Assembly: GCA_963793425.1 (NCBI GenBank)
Contig: CAWCAG010000007.1
Span: forward strand, 576,001-640,000
Reading direction: 5' to 3'
From: an uncultured cyanobacterium
Lineage (GTDB): Bacteria > Cyanobacteriota > Cyanobacteriia > Cyanobacteriales > CAWCAG01
DNA: 64,000 bases
This document shows positions 56,267 to 64,000 of this stretch, piece by piece. Under the pieces are notes generated by a model that was not told the origin of the DNA, ran no database searches, and saw only the letters and a list, made by a program, of their open reading frames with translations. Both the position numbers and the translations under genes were made by a program. Every line of letters starts with the position of its first letter. Positions within the stretch are counted from its first letter, which is position 1.

Positions 56267-57319
56267 GTGATTCAAACCCGCCAAAGCTTTTCTGTTCCCC
56301 ATACTTCCCATTGGGATGATCAAGGTCTTCCAATCTCGAAACCCCAGGCAATAATGGGCGCTTCTTTTTTAGTCGTGGGAGGAAAAGAGTTTCTCGCAAC
56401 CTTCGTAGAAAGGTATATACAGTTGTTTGAAGGCAAAATTGAGATGTCTTCTTCTCAAGAAATCATACCCTTAATTGCCAGACAACAACCTGATATTTTA
56501 ATTGTTCAAGCTGGTTATCTTGACAATGCCATTTATTATGCAGATATCAAGCAACAAGCTAAATCAAATTGGATTTATTTCATTATTCTTGAAGTAACCT
56601 CTCTCCCTTGTTTAGATGCCGTCGAACAGCTAACCAAAACAGCCCAGGCTTTAGAAAATGGCGCAGATGCCTACTTGCAAGTTAGCTACTCTACCCCAAC
56701 AGATACCTCAACCTATTTAATTCAACAGCAAGACCGTTTATTTCTAGCACAAATTGAGGTTGGTTTACAAAGAGTGCGAAAATATCGGGAAATGAGAGAA
56801 ACCAATGATTTATTATCATCCATTGCTTTAGCCGATCCTTTAACAGGTTTAAGTAACCGTCGGGCTTTAGATTGGGAATTGGGGCGACAGATTGAAAATT
56901 CTTGGCGGCAAAAAATTCCTTTAAGCTTAATTATTCTTGATGTAGATTGTTTTAAATCAGTTAATGATAGCCATGGTCATTTAGTTGGAGATCGCGTCCT
57001 TAAATCACTGGCCCAACGCTTAAAAGCACACCTACGTCTTCAAGATCGTATTTTCCGTTACGGAGGGGAAGAATTTGTAATCTTGCTAGGGCAGGTGGAT
57101 GTCGATCGGGCATTACCTGTGGCCCAACGCTTGCGGCAAGTAGTTGAAGAAGAAACTTTCTATATTAATAAAAATTTATCTCTTGCTATTACTATTAGCT
57201 TAGGATTAGCTAATCTCAAAGCCACAGACGATGGTAAGGGATTAAGCTTGTTGAAAAGAGCAGATGAAAATCTTTTAACAGCTAAAGTTAACGGGCGAAA
57301 TCAAGTAGTGAGTGAGTAA
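56267..57319 (+). CDS. diguanylate cyclase with degenerate N-terminal REC
   Basis: DPLTGLSNRR, RLQD I-site, RYGGEEF; start uncertain. Confidence 0.92.
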   Translation: MIQTRQSFSVPHTSHWDDQGLPISKPQAIMGASFLVVGGKEFLATFVERYIQLFEGKIEMSSSQEIIPLIARQQPDILIVQAGYLDNAIYYADIKQQAKSNWIYFIILEVTSLPCLDAVEQLTKTAQALENGADAYLQVSYSTPTDTSTYLIQQQDRLFLAQIEVGLQRVRKYREMRETNDLLSSIALADPLTGLSNRRALDWELGRQIENSWRQKIPLSLIILDVDCFKSVNDSHGHLVGDRVLKSLAQRLKAHLRLQDRIFRYGGEEFVILLGQVDVDRALPVAQRLRQVVEEETFYINKNLSLAITISLGLANLKATDDGKGLSLLKRADENLLTAKVNGRNQVVSE

Positions 57320-57347
57320 GATAGAGACGTGAATTCCGAATGAATTA

Positions 57348-57596
57348 ATGGGCAAAAAAGAAATAGAATTAATTCAAATTCAAGATGCTCTTTTACAAAA
57401 TAAGTTCATTCACTATCGTGATTGGCTAATTGGCAGCAAAACCATCAATGGCAAGTTGTGGTTGCGCTGGCAACACCCCCAAGACAACTTTCCTCGCTGT
57501 GGCTGTCCTGTCGGCGAGAAAGGACTGACGGAGGTTATTGAATTTGTTCATTACTGGATCAATTTAGCTATTGAATTAGAAGAAAACAATACTTAA
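57348..57596 (+). CDS. hypothetical protein
   Basis: 82 aa, LWLRWQHPQDNFPR. Confidence 0.7.
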   Translation: MGKKEIELIQIQDALLQNKFIHYRDWLIGSKTINGKLWLRWQHPQDNFPRCGCPVGEKGLTEVIEFVHYWINLAIELEENNT

Positions 57597-57885
57597 GTCT
57601 TGATTCTTCCTTGATAATCCTCTGCCAAAACCACTCTTTGGGAGGGGGTTTTTCTGGCAAAATATATCTGAATAAATATTTAGTCACCTTGAATTGCCAA
57701 TTAAAGATTGGGGATCACGGAAAACTTTATTAATTTTCATTTTGTTTAAATTGACAGTGCAATTAACTTTTGTCACAATAACTATAGGAAGGTAAACAAA
57801 GCATTTATTTTTTGAAACAAAAGAACTAAGTAACTTTAAGAACCTTTTTTTCATCCTAACTTTTTTAGCATTTTTCTTATTTGAT

Positions 57886-58149
57886 ATGAATTTAACCACC
57901 CCCATAATGCAAAAAGTACATTGTCCTAACTGCGGAAGCTATGCAGAAAGGCAATATATCATCGAAAAAGACATCACTACCACTCAATGTCCTAGTTGTG
58001 ACTATTTAATGGTGAATAGTTCTAGTACTTGTCAAGTTATGGAAGCTTATGCTCCTGGCATTAATCCTTGTGCTGCGGTTGACTTTGAGAAGCCCGCAAC
58101 TGACCGCAAGCGGCATCTGCTTCCAAGCCACGGGAGTAGCGGACGCTAA
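57886..58149 (+). CDS. small zinc-ribbon protein
   Basis: [10 protein letters not shown]…QCPSCDYLM…EAYAPG; 3' end overlaps rlmN. Confidence 0.75.
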   Translation: MNLTTPIMQKVHCPNCGSYAERQYIIEKDITTTQCPSCDYLMVNSSSTCQVMEAYAPGINPCAAVDFEKPATDRKRHLLPSHGSSGR

Positions 58150-59161
58150 CAGCAATTTTTTCTCGCCTCAGTGCTTCGGCAAAAGCTTGGATACGTTGTT
58201 CGCTGGGGCGTTGATAATCTGCTTCTTGGATAGGATTATAGGGAATCAGATTCACATGGGTTTGAAAGCCTCTAATTTGGTTAGCTAATTGTACAGCTTG
58301 GTCTGGCCAATCATTAACTTCAGCTAAGAGAATATATTCAAAGGTAATTCGCCGCCCTGTAATAGAGACATATTGGCGACATTCTTCTAAAAGATTTTCT
58401 AAAGGATAGCGAGAAGAACTAGGAATAAGTTGCTGCCGCAGTTTCTGATCTGGGGCATGAAGACTAACAGCAAAGGTAATTTGTAATCGATGTTGTGCCA
58501 AAGCCCGAATCCGCCCCGGCAAACCCACCGTAGAAATAGTTAGGGATCGCTGTCCAATACCCACATCTTGATTAAGAGATTGAACGGCTGTGACTACCTC
58601 ATCAAGATTAATTAAAGGTTCTCCCATCCCCATAAAAACAACGTTACTAACCCTCTGGCGAAAGTCTTCTTGTACTGTTAGGACTTGATCGACAATTTCG
58701 TGGCTTTTTAAGTTGCGGCTAAATTCTCCTTTTCCTGTGGCACAAAAATCACAAGCCATGGGACAACCAACTTGGGAAGATACGCAAACGGTAAGGCGTT
58801 TAGACGTAGGTATGCCTACAGTTTCCACGATCAAGCCATCGTGAAGGCGTAAAAGATATTTGCGAGTGCGATCAGGAGCTATAGTTTTATGATCTATAGT
58901 AGAGCGACCTAAAGCAGTATCTGCTAAACTAGTGCGCCATTTTTTGGGGAAAACAGAAATATCTAAGAGGGATCGCGCCCCTTTTTGATACAACCATTTA
59001 TATAGTTGTTGCCCTCTATAGGCTGGTTGCCCTTGTTGTTGAACCCACTCAGTTAACTCACTTTGGGACATGGCGAGGAGGGGAACTTCTTTGGTTACGG
59101 TTGCTTCAATTTGTTGATTTTCTGGAGTTTCAACTGGAATAGTCATTACGTCATTTATCAT
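58061..59161 (-). CDS. rlmN: 23S rRNA m2A2503 methyltransferase
   Basis: [30 protein letters not shown]. Confidence 0.97.
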   Translation of the reverse strand: MINDVMTIPVETPENQQIEATVTKEVPLLAMSQSELTEWVQQQGQPAYRGQQLYKWLYQKGARSLLDISVFPKKWRTSLADTALGRSTIDHKTIAPDRTRKYLLRLHDGLIVETVGIPTSKRLTVCVSSQVGCPMACDFCATGKGEFSRNLKSHEIVDQVLTVQEDFRQRVSNVVFMGMGEPLINLDEVVTAVQSLNQDVGIGQRSLTISTVGLPGRIRALAQHRLQITFAVSLHAPDQKLRQQLIPSSSRYPLENLLEECRQYVSITGRRITFEYILLAEVNDWPDQAVQLANQIRGFQTHVNLIPYNPIQEADYQRPSEQRIQAFAEALRREKIAVSVRYSRGLEADAACGQLRASQSQPQHKD

Positions 59162-59293
59162 TAAACATTGAGCATTGATCTACTATTTCTTACCCATTAG
59201 CTAAAGAGGGATAAACTCTGGTTGCAGTATTCTCTTAGCTACTTTTCAGGGTAGATGAGCAAAAGATTTTTTTCCGTTAAATTCAAAACTTCT

Positions 59294-59914
59294 TTAATCA
59301 ATTTCTACTCTTTTTTTAAAGATGCCCAAATGTTCCTCGTTTTGCCTTGAAGGAACAGAATTAGTGACAGGATCTAGCCTGCGAATTTGCAATTCACCGG
59401 AGAACAAATCACGAATTTCTTGAGGAGTTGAACCGAAAGGAGGGCCACTAGGTCGGTTATGGGTAAAGAATACACCGATTAATTTTCCTTGGGGTTTGAG
59501 TAAAGAAGTTACTAAGTTTAGATATTTCTTACGTAACTCAGGGGCGATCGCACAAAAACAAGTATGTTCTACAACATAATCAAAATAGTTAGGAAACTCC
59601 GCAGTTAAATCGAAAATATTACGTAGCAAAAATTTTACTGATAAATTAGCTTTCGCTGCTGAAGACTTAGCTGCTGTGATCGCAGAAGGAGCCAAGTCTA
59701 CCCCTGTCACCTCGAAGCCATGATTAGCAAACAATAAAGCATCGTAACCACGACCACAACCTAATACGACTGTTTTACCAGGCGCAGGTGCATCAGGGGA
59801 ACTAAGTAAGCTTACCAAAGGAGGTGCAGCTTTACCAAGATCCCAACGAGTATTCCCGGATTGGTATTTAGATTCCCAAAAATCTTTTGTCTCATTCAAC
59901 ATCTCATTTAACAT
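59294..59914 (-). CDS. TPMT/thiol-halide-type SAM methyltransferase
   Basis: WDLG, LGCGRGYDA, EHTCFCAI, GPPFG. Confidence 0.9.
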   Translation of the reverse strand: MLNEMLNETKDFWESKYQSGNTRWDLGKAAPPLVSLLSSPDAPAPGKTVVLGCGRGYDALLFANHGFEVTGVDLAPSAITAAKSSAAKANLSVKFLLRNIFDLTAEFPNYFDYVVEHTCFCAIAPELRKKYLNLVTSLLKPQGKLIGVFFTHNRPSGPPFGSTPQEIRDLFSGELQIRRLDPVTNSVPSRQNEEHLGIFKKRVEID

Positions 59915-59979
59915 CTAACATTTACCACTTATCATTTAAGTCTTAGCTTATTGCTTAGGTTGAGAATATTTGTACATTT

Positions 59980-60984
59980 TTGTTTATGGGAATTCTAAAT
60001 CTAACTTATTTTTCCCGTCGGGTTATTCTGGGCTGGTTGGCAATTATCTTAGTGGTGATCGCTGTTTTCGGTGGCGATGTAGCAACAGCTACTGCAACTC
60101 CTGCTTCTGATTCTGATTCTCATCTTGTCCACCACCTACTAGGTGAAACCTGGGTTCCTAACTATCCCCAGAGAATTGTTACTTTAGGAAATTCTGCCTT
60201 GGAAACTGCGATCGCATTAGGTATGCAACCTGTGGGTGCTGCCCCTTGGATAGGTGCTGGTAATGTGGGGGATTTTCCAGCTTATTTTCCTGGTCTAATA
60301 CAGAAAAATGTTATTTATCTTGGGGATGTTAATCAGCCAAGTTTAGAGAGAATACTACTCCTCAAACCAGATTTAATTTTAGGGAATTTTGTTGAACATC
60401 GAGGCATCTACTCACAACTGTCTCACATAGCCCCGACAATACTTTACGACTTTATGAGGACAACTTGGCAAGAAGTTTTTAAGAGTTATGGCGAGGCTTT
60501 AGGTAAGACAAAAGAAGCAGAATTAGTAATTAATCGCTATGAAAAACGAGTAGCTGAGTTTAAGCAGATTATGGGGGATAACCTTCAGACTCAAGTTTCT
60601 GTGGTACGCTTTTTACCTAGTCAAGTACGGCTATATATGAAGGCTTCTTTCAGCGGTACAATTCTTGAGGATTTAGGTTTAGCCCGCCCTGATTCTCAGG
60701 ATCAACAGAAATGGAAAGAGTCAATTTCTGTTGAGGCTATTCCTCGTGCTGATGGAGATGTACTTTTTATTGCCCAGAGTGATCCTCATAGTAAGTTGTA
60801 CCAGCAGTTTACCAAAAATCCCCTTTGGCAAAGGCTAGGGGCAGTGCAATCCCAGCAAGTGTATCAAGTGGACTATGAATATTGGATTGGTGGTTCTGGC
60901 CCCATAGCAGCTAATCTGGTAATTGATGATTTGTTGGGATATTTGAAGCCATTGGGAATTAACGAATTTCAAGTTTTGCAATAA
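59980..60984 (+). CDS. iron-siderophore ABC transporter substrate-binding protein
   Basis: PQRIVTL, PSLERILLLKPDLILG, LSHIAPT, NPLWQRL.AV. Confidence 0.92.
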   Translation: MFMGILNLTYFSRRVILGWLAIILVVIAVFGGDVATATATPASDSDSHLVHHLLGETWVPNYPQRIVTLGNSALETAIALGMQPVGAAPWIGAGNVGDFPAYFPGLIQKNVIYLGDVNQPSLERILLLKPDLILGNFVEHRGIYSQLSHIAPTILYDFMRTTWQEVFKSYGEALGKTKEAELVINRYEKRVAEFKQIMGDNLQTQVSVVRFLPSQVRLYMKASFSGTILEDLGLARPDSQDQQKWKESISVEAIPRADGDVLFIAQSDPHSKLYQQFTKNPLWQRLGAVQSQQVYQVDYEYWIGGSGPIAANLVIDDLLGYLKPLGINEFQVLQ

Positions 60985-61267
60985 ATCTATACATAAGTTA
61001 AAGTTTAATAATATCACCAGTTAAAAAAGCACAGCTATAGGGTTTTGTACAAAACAAATTTTCACCGCACTGACATAAATAGAGCTATTTGGCAAGAGGT
61101 AAATTTAGATCAAAACAAATTAATAAAAGCTCGTTAACATAGCTCTACAAACACTTTAATAATACTAAATAAGCTGTTAAGCATTTGAACAACCTATTGT
61201 TAAATCATTCAAGAAAAGCTTTAAATCCTGACAACTTTCCTACTTTAGAAACCATTTAATAATAATA

Positions 61268-61933
61268 ATGAGCAAAAAGAACTTAGAGGAACTATCAGTA
61301 CAATTAGATAGCCCTAACTCTCGCGATCGCATGGTTGCCCTTGCTTCCTTGCGCGAATTTTCTCCTGAAGAAGCAATGCCTTTAATCAAAAAGGTTTTAG
61401 ATGACGAAATCTTACAGATTCGCTCCATGGCAGTATTTGCATTAGGAGTGAAACCCACAGAAGAATCCTACCCAATCTTAATCAAGCTATTAGAAACCGA
61501 CCCTGATTATGGTATACGCGCCGATGCAGCAGGAGCATTAGGCTATTTAAAAGATATTCGCGCCTTGGAACATTTAGTACGGGCATTTTATGAAGATACA
61601 CAATGGTTGGTACGTTTCAGCGCGGCAGTATCTTTAGGTAATTTACAAGATTCTAGGGCGCAAGAGGTATTAAAAAAAGCTTTGGATAGTGAAGAAGTCG
61701 TTGTCCAACAAGCTGCGATCGCAGCTTTAGGAGAAATCAAAGCAATTGATAGTGTTGGTGACATTCTCCGTTTTGCTCAATCTGATGATTGGTTAATTCG
61801 GCAAAGGTTAGCAGAAGCTTTGGGCAACTTGAAAACAGACAAAAGTATTTCTGCTTTGAATTATTTAGCTAAAGACAACCATCCCCAGGTTAGTGAAGCA
61901 GCAACTATTTCCTTGCAGCGTTTGATGGCATGA
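61268..61933 (+). CDS. nblB: PBS lyase HEAT-repeat protein (NblB-like)
   Basis: RDRMVALASLR, DPDYGIRADAAGALGYL, WLVRFSAAVSLGN. Confidence 0.8.
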   Translation: MSKKNLEELSVQLDSPNSRDRMVALASLREFSPEEAMPLIKKVLDDEILQIRSMAVFALGVKPTEESYPILIKLLETDPDYGIRADAAGALGYLKDIRALEHLVRAFYEDTQWLVRFSAAVSLGNLQDSRAQEVLKKALDSEEVVVQQAAIAALGEIKAIDSVGDILRFAQSDDWLIRQRLAEALGNLKTDKSISALNYLAKDNHPQVSEAATISLQRLMA

Positions 61934-61961
61934 TAAGGGAATGAACGAGTAACTTGTAAAT

Positions 61962-62480
61962 ATGGATATAAAAGAATTTTTTGAGCAGAGTGCAGGTAAT
62001 TGGTTTGCCCAGCGTACTAGTTATAACCTCAAAGATGGCAAGGCAGAAAATAGCAAATCAGACTTAAGTACCACTCTGCTTGCTGCTGACGATCCTAGGG
62101 TAGTTAAACTCTGTCAAGAAAAGGGAATCTCTCAGGATTTAGTTTGGCAAGGAATAAAGACTAGCTGGGATAGTTCCGTAGACTGGGATGATAAAAAGGA
62201 AAAAGGTTCTAGCTTGATAGTTATCATACCCGATGCAGATAATTCTTCTCAGGGTAAGATACTCCGTTCTTTAGGTAAACTTTTGGCAGGAAGATACATC
62301 CTGGGTAGAGATGAAGCCCTTACTTTAACCGTGGAAAATGAAGATATTTACTTTGAAGAACGTATCTGGTTTGCTAGTAATAACTTAAGGATGCGTTCTA
62401 GTTTAATAAAAATGGCTGATACTTACAATGGGGCAGCTTTTTATTCAGAAGTACGTAGGATGCCGGCTAAAGATAAGTAA
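61962..62480 (+). CDS. CpcS/CpeS-family phycobiliprotein lyase
   Basis: EFFEQSAGNWFAQRT, EERIWFASNNLRMRSS, FYSEVR. Confidence 0.88.
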   Translation: MDIKEFFEQSAGNWFAQRTSYNLKDGKAENSKSDLSTTLLAADDPRVVKLCQEKGISQDLVWQGIKTSWDSSVDWDDKKEKGSSLIVIIPDADNSSQGKILRSLGKLLAGRYILGRDEALTLTVENEDIYFEERIWFASNNLRMRSSLIKMADTYNGAAFYSEVRRMPAKDK

Positions 62481-62493
62481 TACTAGAAAAGAC

Positions 62494-62527
62494 AAAAAAA
62501 GGGGGCGCAGCTTGATGTTGCGCCCCC
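62494..62527 (-). terminator. intrinsic terminator of groEL
   Basis: Stem gggggcgca/tgcgccccc followed on the minus strand by T7. Confidence 0.85.
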
Positions 62528-62555
62528 ATCAATTAGCAATTAGCAATTAGCTAAA

Positions 62556-64000
62556 TTAATAATCAAAATCGCCGCCACCAGCACCACCGCCAGCACCAGC
62601 TTTATCATCTGGCTTGTCAACTATAATACATTCAGTAGTCAAGACCATACCAGCAATAGAAGCAGCATTTTGTAAAGCAGAGCGACTTACTTTCGCCGGG
62701 TCAACAATACCAGCTTCAAGCATATCGGTAAACTCATTCGTAGCTGCATTGAAGCCTACATTGAAGTCTTTTTCCTTGACTCGTTCAGCGATTACCGCAC
62801 CATTTTGACCGGCATTTTCAGCAATGCGCTTCAAAGGTGCAAGAATAGCACGAGCAACGATTAAAGCACCAGTAAGTTCCTCTGCACTTAAGTTACCGCT
62901 AGCCCATTCTTCCAATTCAGGAGCGAGGTGAGCTAAAGTTGTACCACCGCCAGGAACGATACCTTCTTCCACTGCTGCTTTAGTTGCGTTGATAGCATCT
63001 TCTAAGCGCAGTTTCTTATCTTTCATTTCTGTTTCGGTAGCCGCACCAACTTTAACCACAGCTACACCACCAGAAAGTTTAGCTAAACGCTCCTGCAACT
63101 TCTCCTTATCATAGGAAGATTCGGTTTCTTCCATTTGACGGCGAATCTGTTCGCAACGAGCTTTAACCTCTTTTTCATTACCTTCAGCCACAATGGTGGT
63201 GTTGTCTTTGGTAATGGTCATGCGACGGGCAGTACCGAGCATCTCTAAGCTGGTATTTTCCAGTTTCAAACCAGCATCTTCGGTAATAAGTTGACCAGCA
63301 GTTAAGACTGCAATATCTTCTAACATTTGCTTACGTCTGTCACCAAAACCAGGGGCTTTGATAGCTGCGACGTTAACAACTCCTCGCAATTTGTTAACTA
63401 CGAGGGTAGCAAGGGCCTCTTTCTCGATATCTTCAGCGATAATAACTAAAGTCTTGCCAGAGCGGGCAACTTGTTCTAATACAGGAACTAAGTCTTGGAC
63501 AAGGGTGATTTTCTTGTCTGTAATGAGGAGATAAGGCTCATCAAACACTGCCTCCATCCGTTCAGCATCAGTGACGAAGTAAGGAGAGATATAACCCTTA
63601 TCGAAGCGCATCCCTTCGGTAATTTCCAACTCCGTAGTCATGGATTTACCTTCTTCGAGGGAAATTACGCCTTCCCGGCCAACTTTATCCATAGCATCAG
63701 CAATCATTTGCCCTACTTCATTGTCATTACCCGCAGAAATAGAACCAACTTGGGCGACAGATTTAGAATCTTCAATTTGCTTGGCGTGGGCAGCAATTTT
63801 CTCAACTAAAAATTCTGTTGCCTTATCAACACCACGCTTGATCGCAATAGGATTAGCACCAGCCGCGACGTTACGTAAACCTTCTTTAACCATGGCATGG
63901 GCTAAAACCGTAGCTGTGGTGGTTCCATCCCCAGCCACATCGTTGGTTTTAGAAGCTGCTTGGCGAATTAGGGCAACTCCTGTATTTTCTACATGGTCTT
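62556..64000 (-). CDS. groEL: chaperonin GroEL, 3' part (5' end beyond window)
   Basis: [20 protein letters not shown]-terminal GGDFDY of cyanobacterial GroEL1. Confidence 0.98.
   Translation of the reverse strand, partial: DHVENTGVALIRQAASKTNDVAGDGTTTATVLAHAMVKEGLRNVAAGANPIAIKRGVDKATEFLVEKIAAHAKQIEDSKSVAQVGSISAGNDNEVGQMIADAMDKVGREGVISLEEGKSMTTELEITEGMRFDKGYISPYFVTDAERMEAVFDEPYLLITDKKITLVQDLVPVLEQVARSGKTLVIIAEDIEKEALATLVVNKLRGVVNVAAIKAPGFGDRRKQMLEDIAVLTAGQLITEDAGLKLENTSLEMLGTARRMTITKDNTTIVAEGNEKEVKARCEQIRRQMEETESSYDKEKLQERLAKLSGGVAVVKVGAATETEMKDKKLRLEDAINATKAAVEEGIVPGGGTTLAHLAPELEEWASGNLSAEELTGALIVARAILAPLKRIAENAGQNGAVIAERVKEKDFNVGFNAATNEFTDMLEAGIVDPAKVSRSALQNAASIAGMVLTTECIIVDKPDDKAGAGGGAGGGDFDY

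Noticed and set aside
59880..59940. Met-rich N-termini such as MLNEMLNE (also MINGIM at 34184 and MINDVM at 59161)
   Set aside because: They derive from heptamer STRR-like repeats overlapping the start region, so the start positions are uncertain rather than a protein feature.
1348..63809. Many short ORFs antisense or out of frame within long genes (e.g. 5355-5687, 9170-9553, 27383-27682, 51674-52006, 63495-63809)
   Set aside because: Shadow ORFs of well-supported genes, with no recognisable motifs.

Overview
AT-rich cyanobacterial chromosomal window. HIP1 octamers (GCGATCGC) occur throughout, and gun4, ictB, cyaC, an nblB-like gene, a CpcS-family lyase and cyanoexosortase B are present. The backbone is housekeeping and signalling: carA 5' end, smpB, icd, clpP, miaE, rsmG, ybaK, purH, cyaC, a wza/wzc/exosortase cluster, ppa, rlmN and the groEL 3' part. 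Accessory material is concentrated in four places. (1) An internally deleted IS200/IS605 tnpB element at ~381-880 that keeps its right end and omegaRNA region. (2) A ~2.8-7.6 kb island in which a 5'-truncated Afp15/Pvc15-type eCIS AAA+ ATPase is joined head-to-head to a Bacillus Tgl-like transglutaminase-domain gene, followed by two exported proteins (one HEAT-repeat); this is the best candidate for an undescribed effector/immunity module. (3) A decayed defence islet behind rsmG (truncated AIPR, PIN toxin-antitoxin, restriction-endonuclease-like gene). (4) A flavin amine oxidase cassette bracketed by a 49-bp HIP1-containing duplication of the ybaK 3' end, next to a REPIN-like element. Also seen: two perfect CRP boxes (one upstream of an unannotated 56-aa secreted-type ORF), several apparent pseudo-enzymes, 21-nt elements inserted into HIP1 sites, and two single-base frameshifts that may be sequencing errors. 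No rRNA, tRNA or CRISPR array was recognised. All family assignments come from motif recognition by eye, not from database searches.
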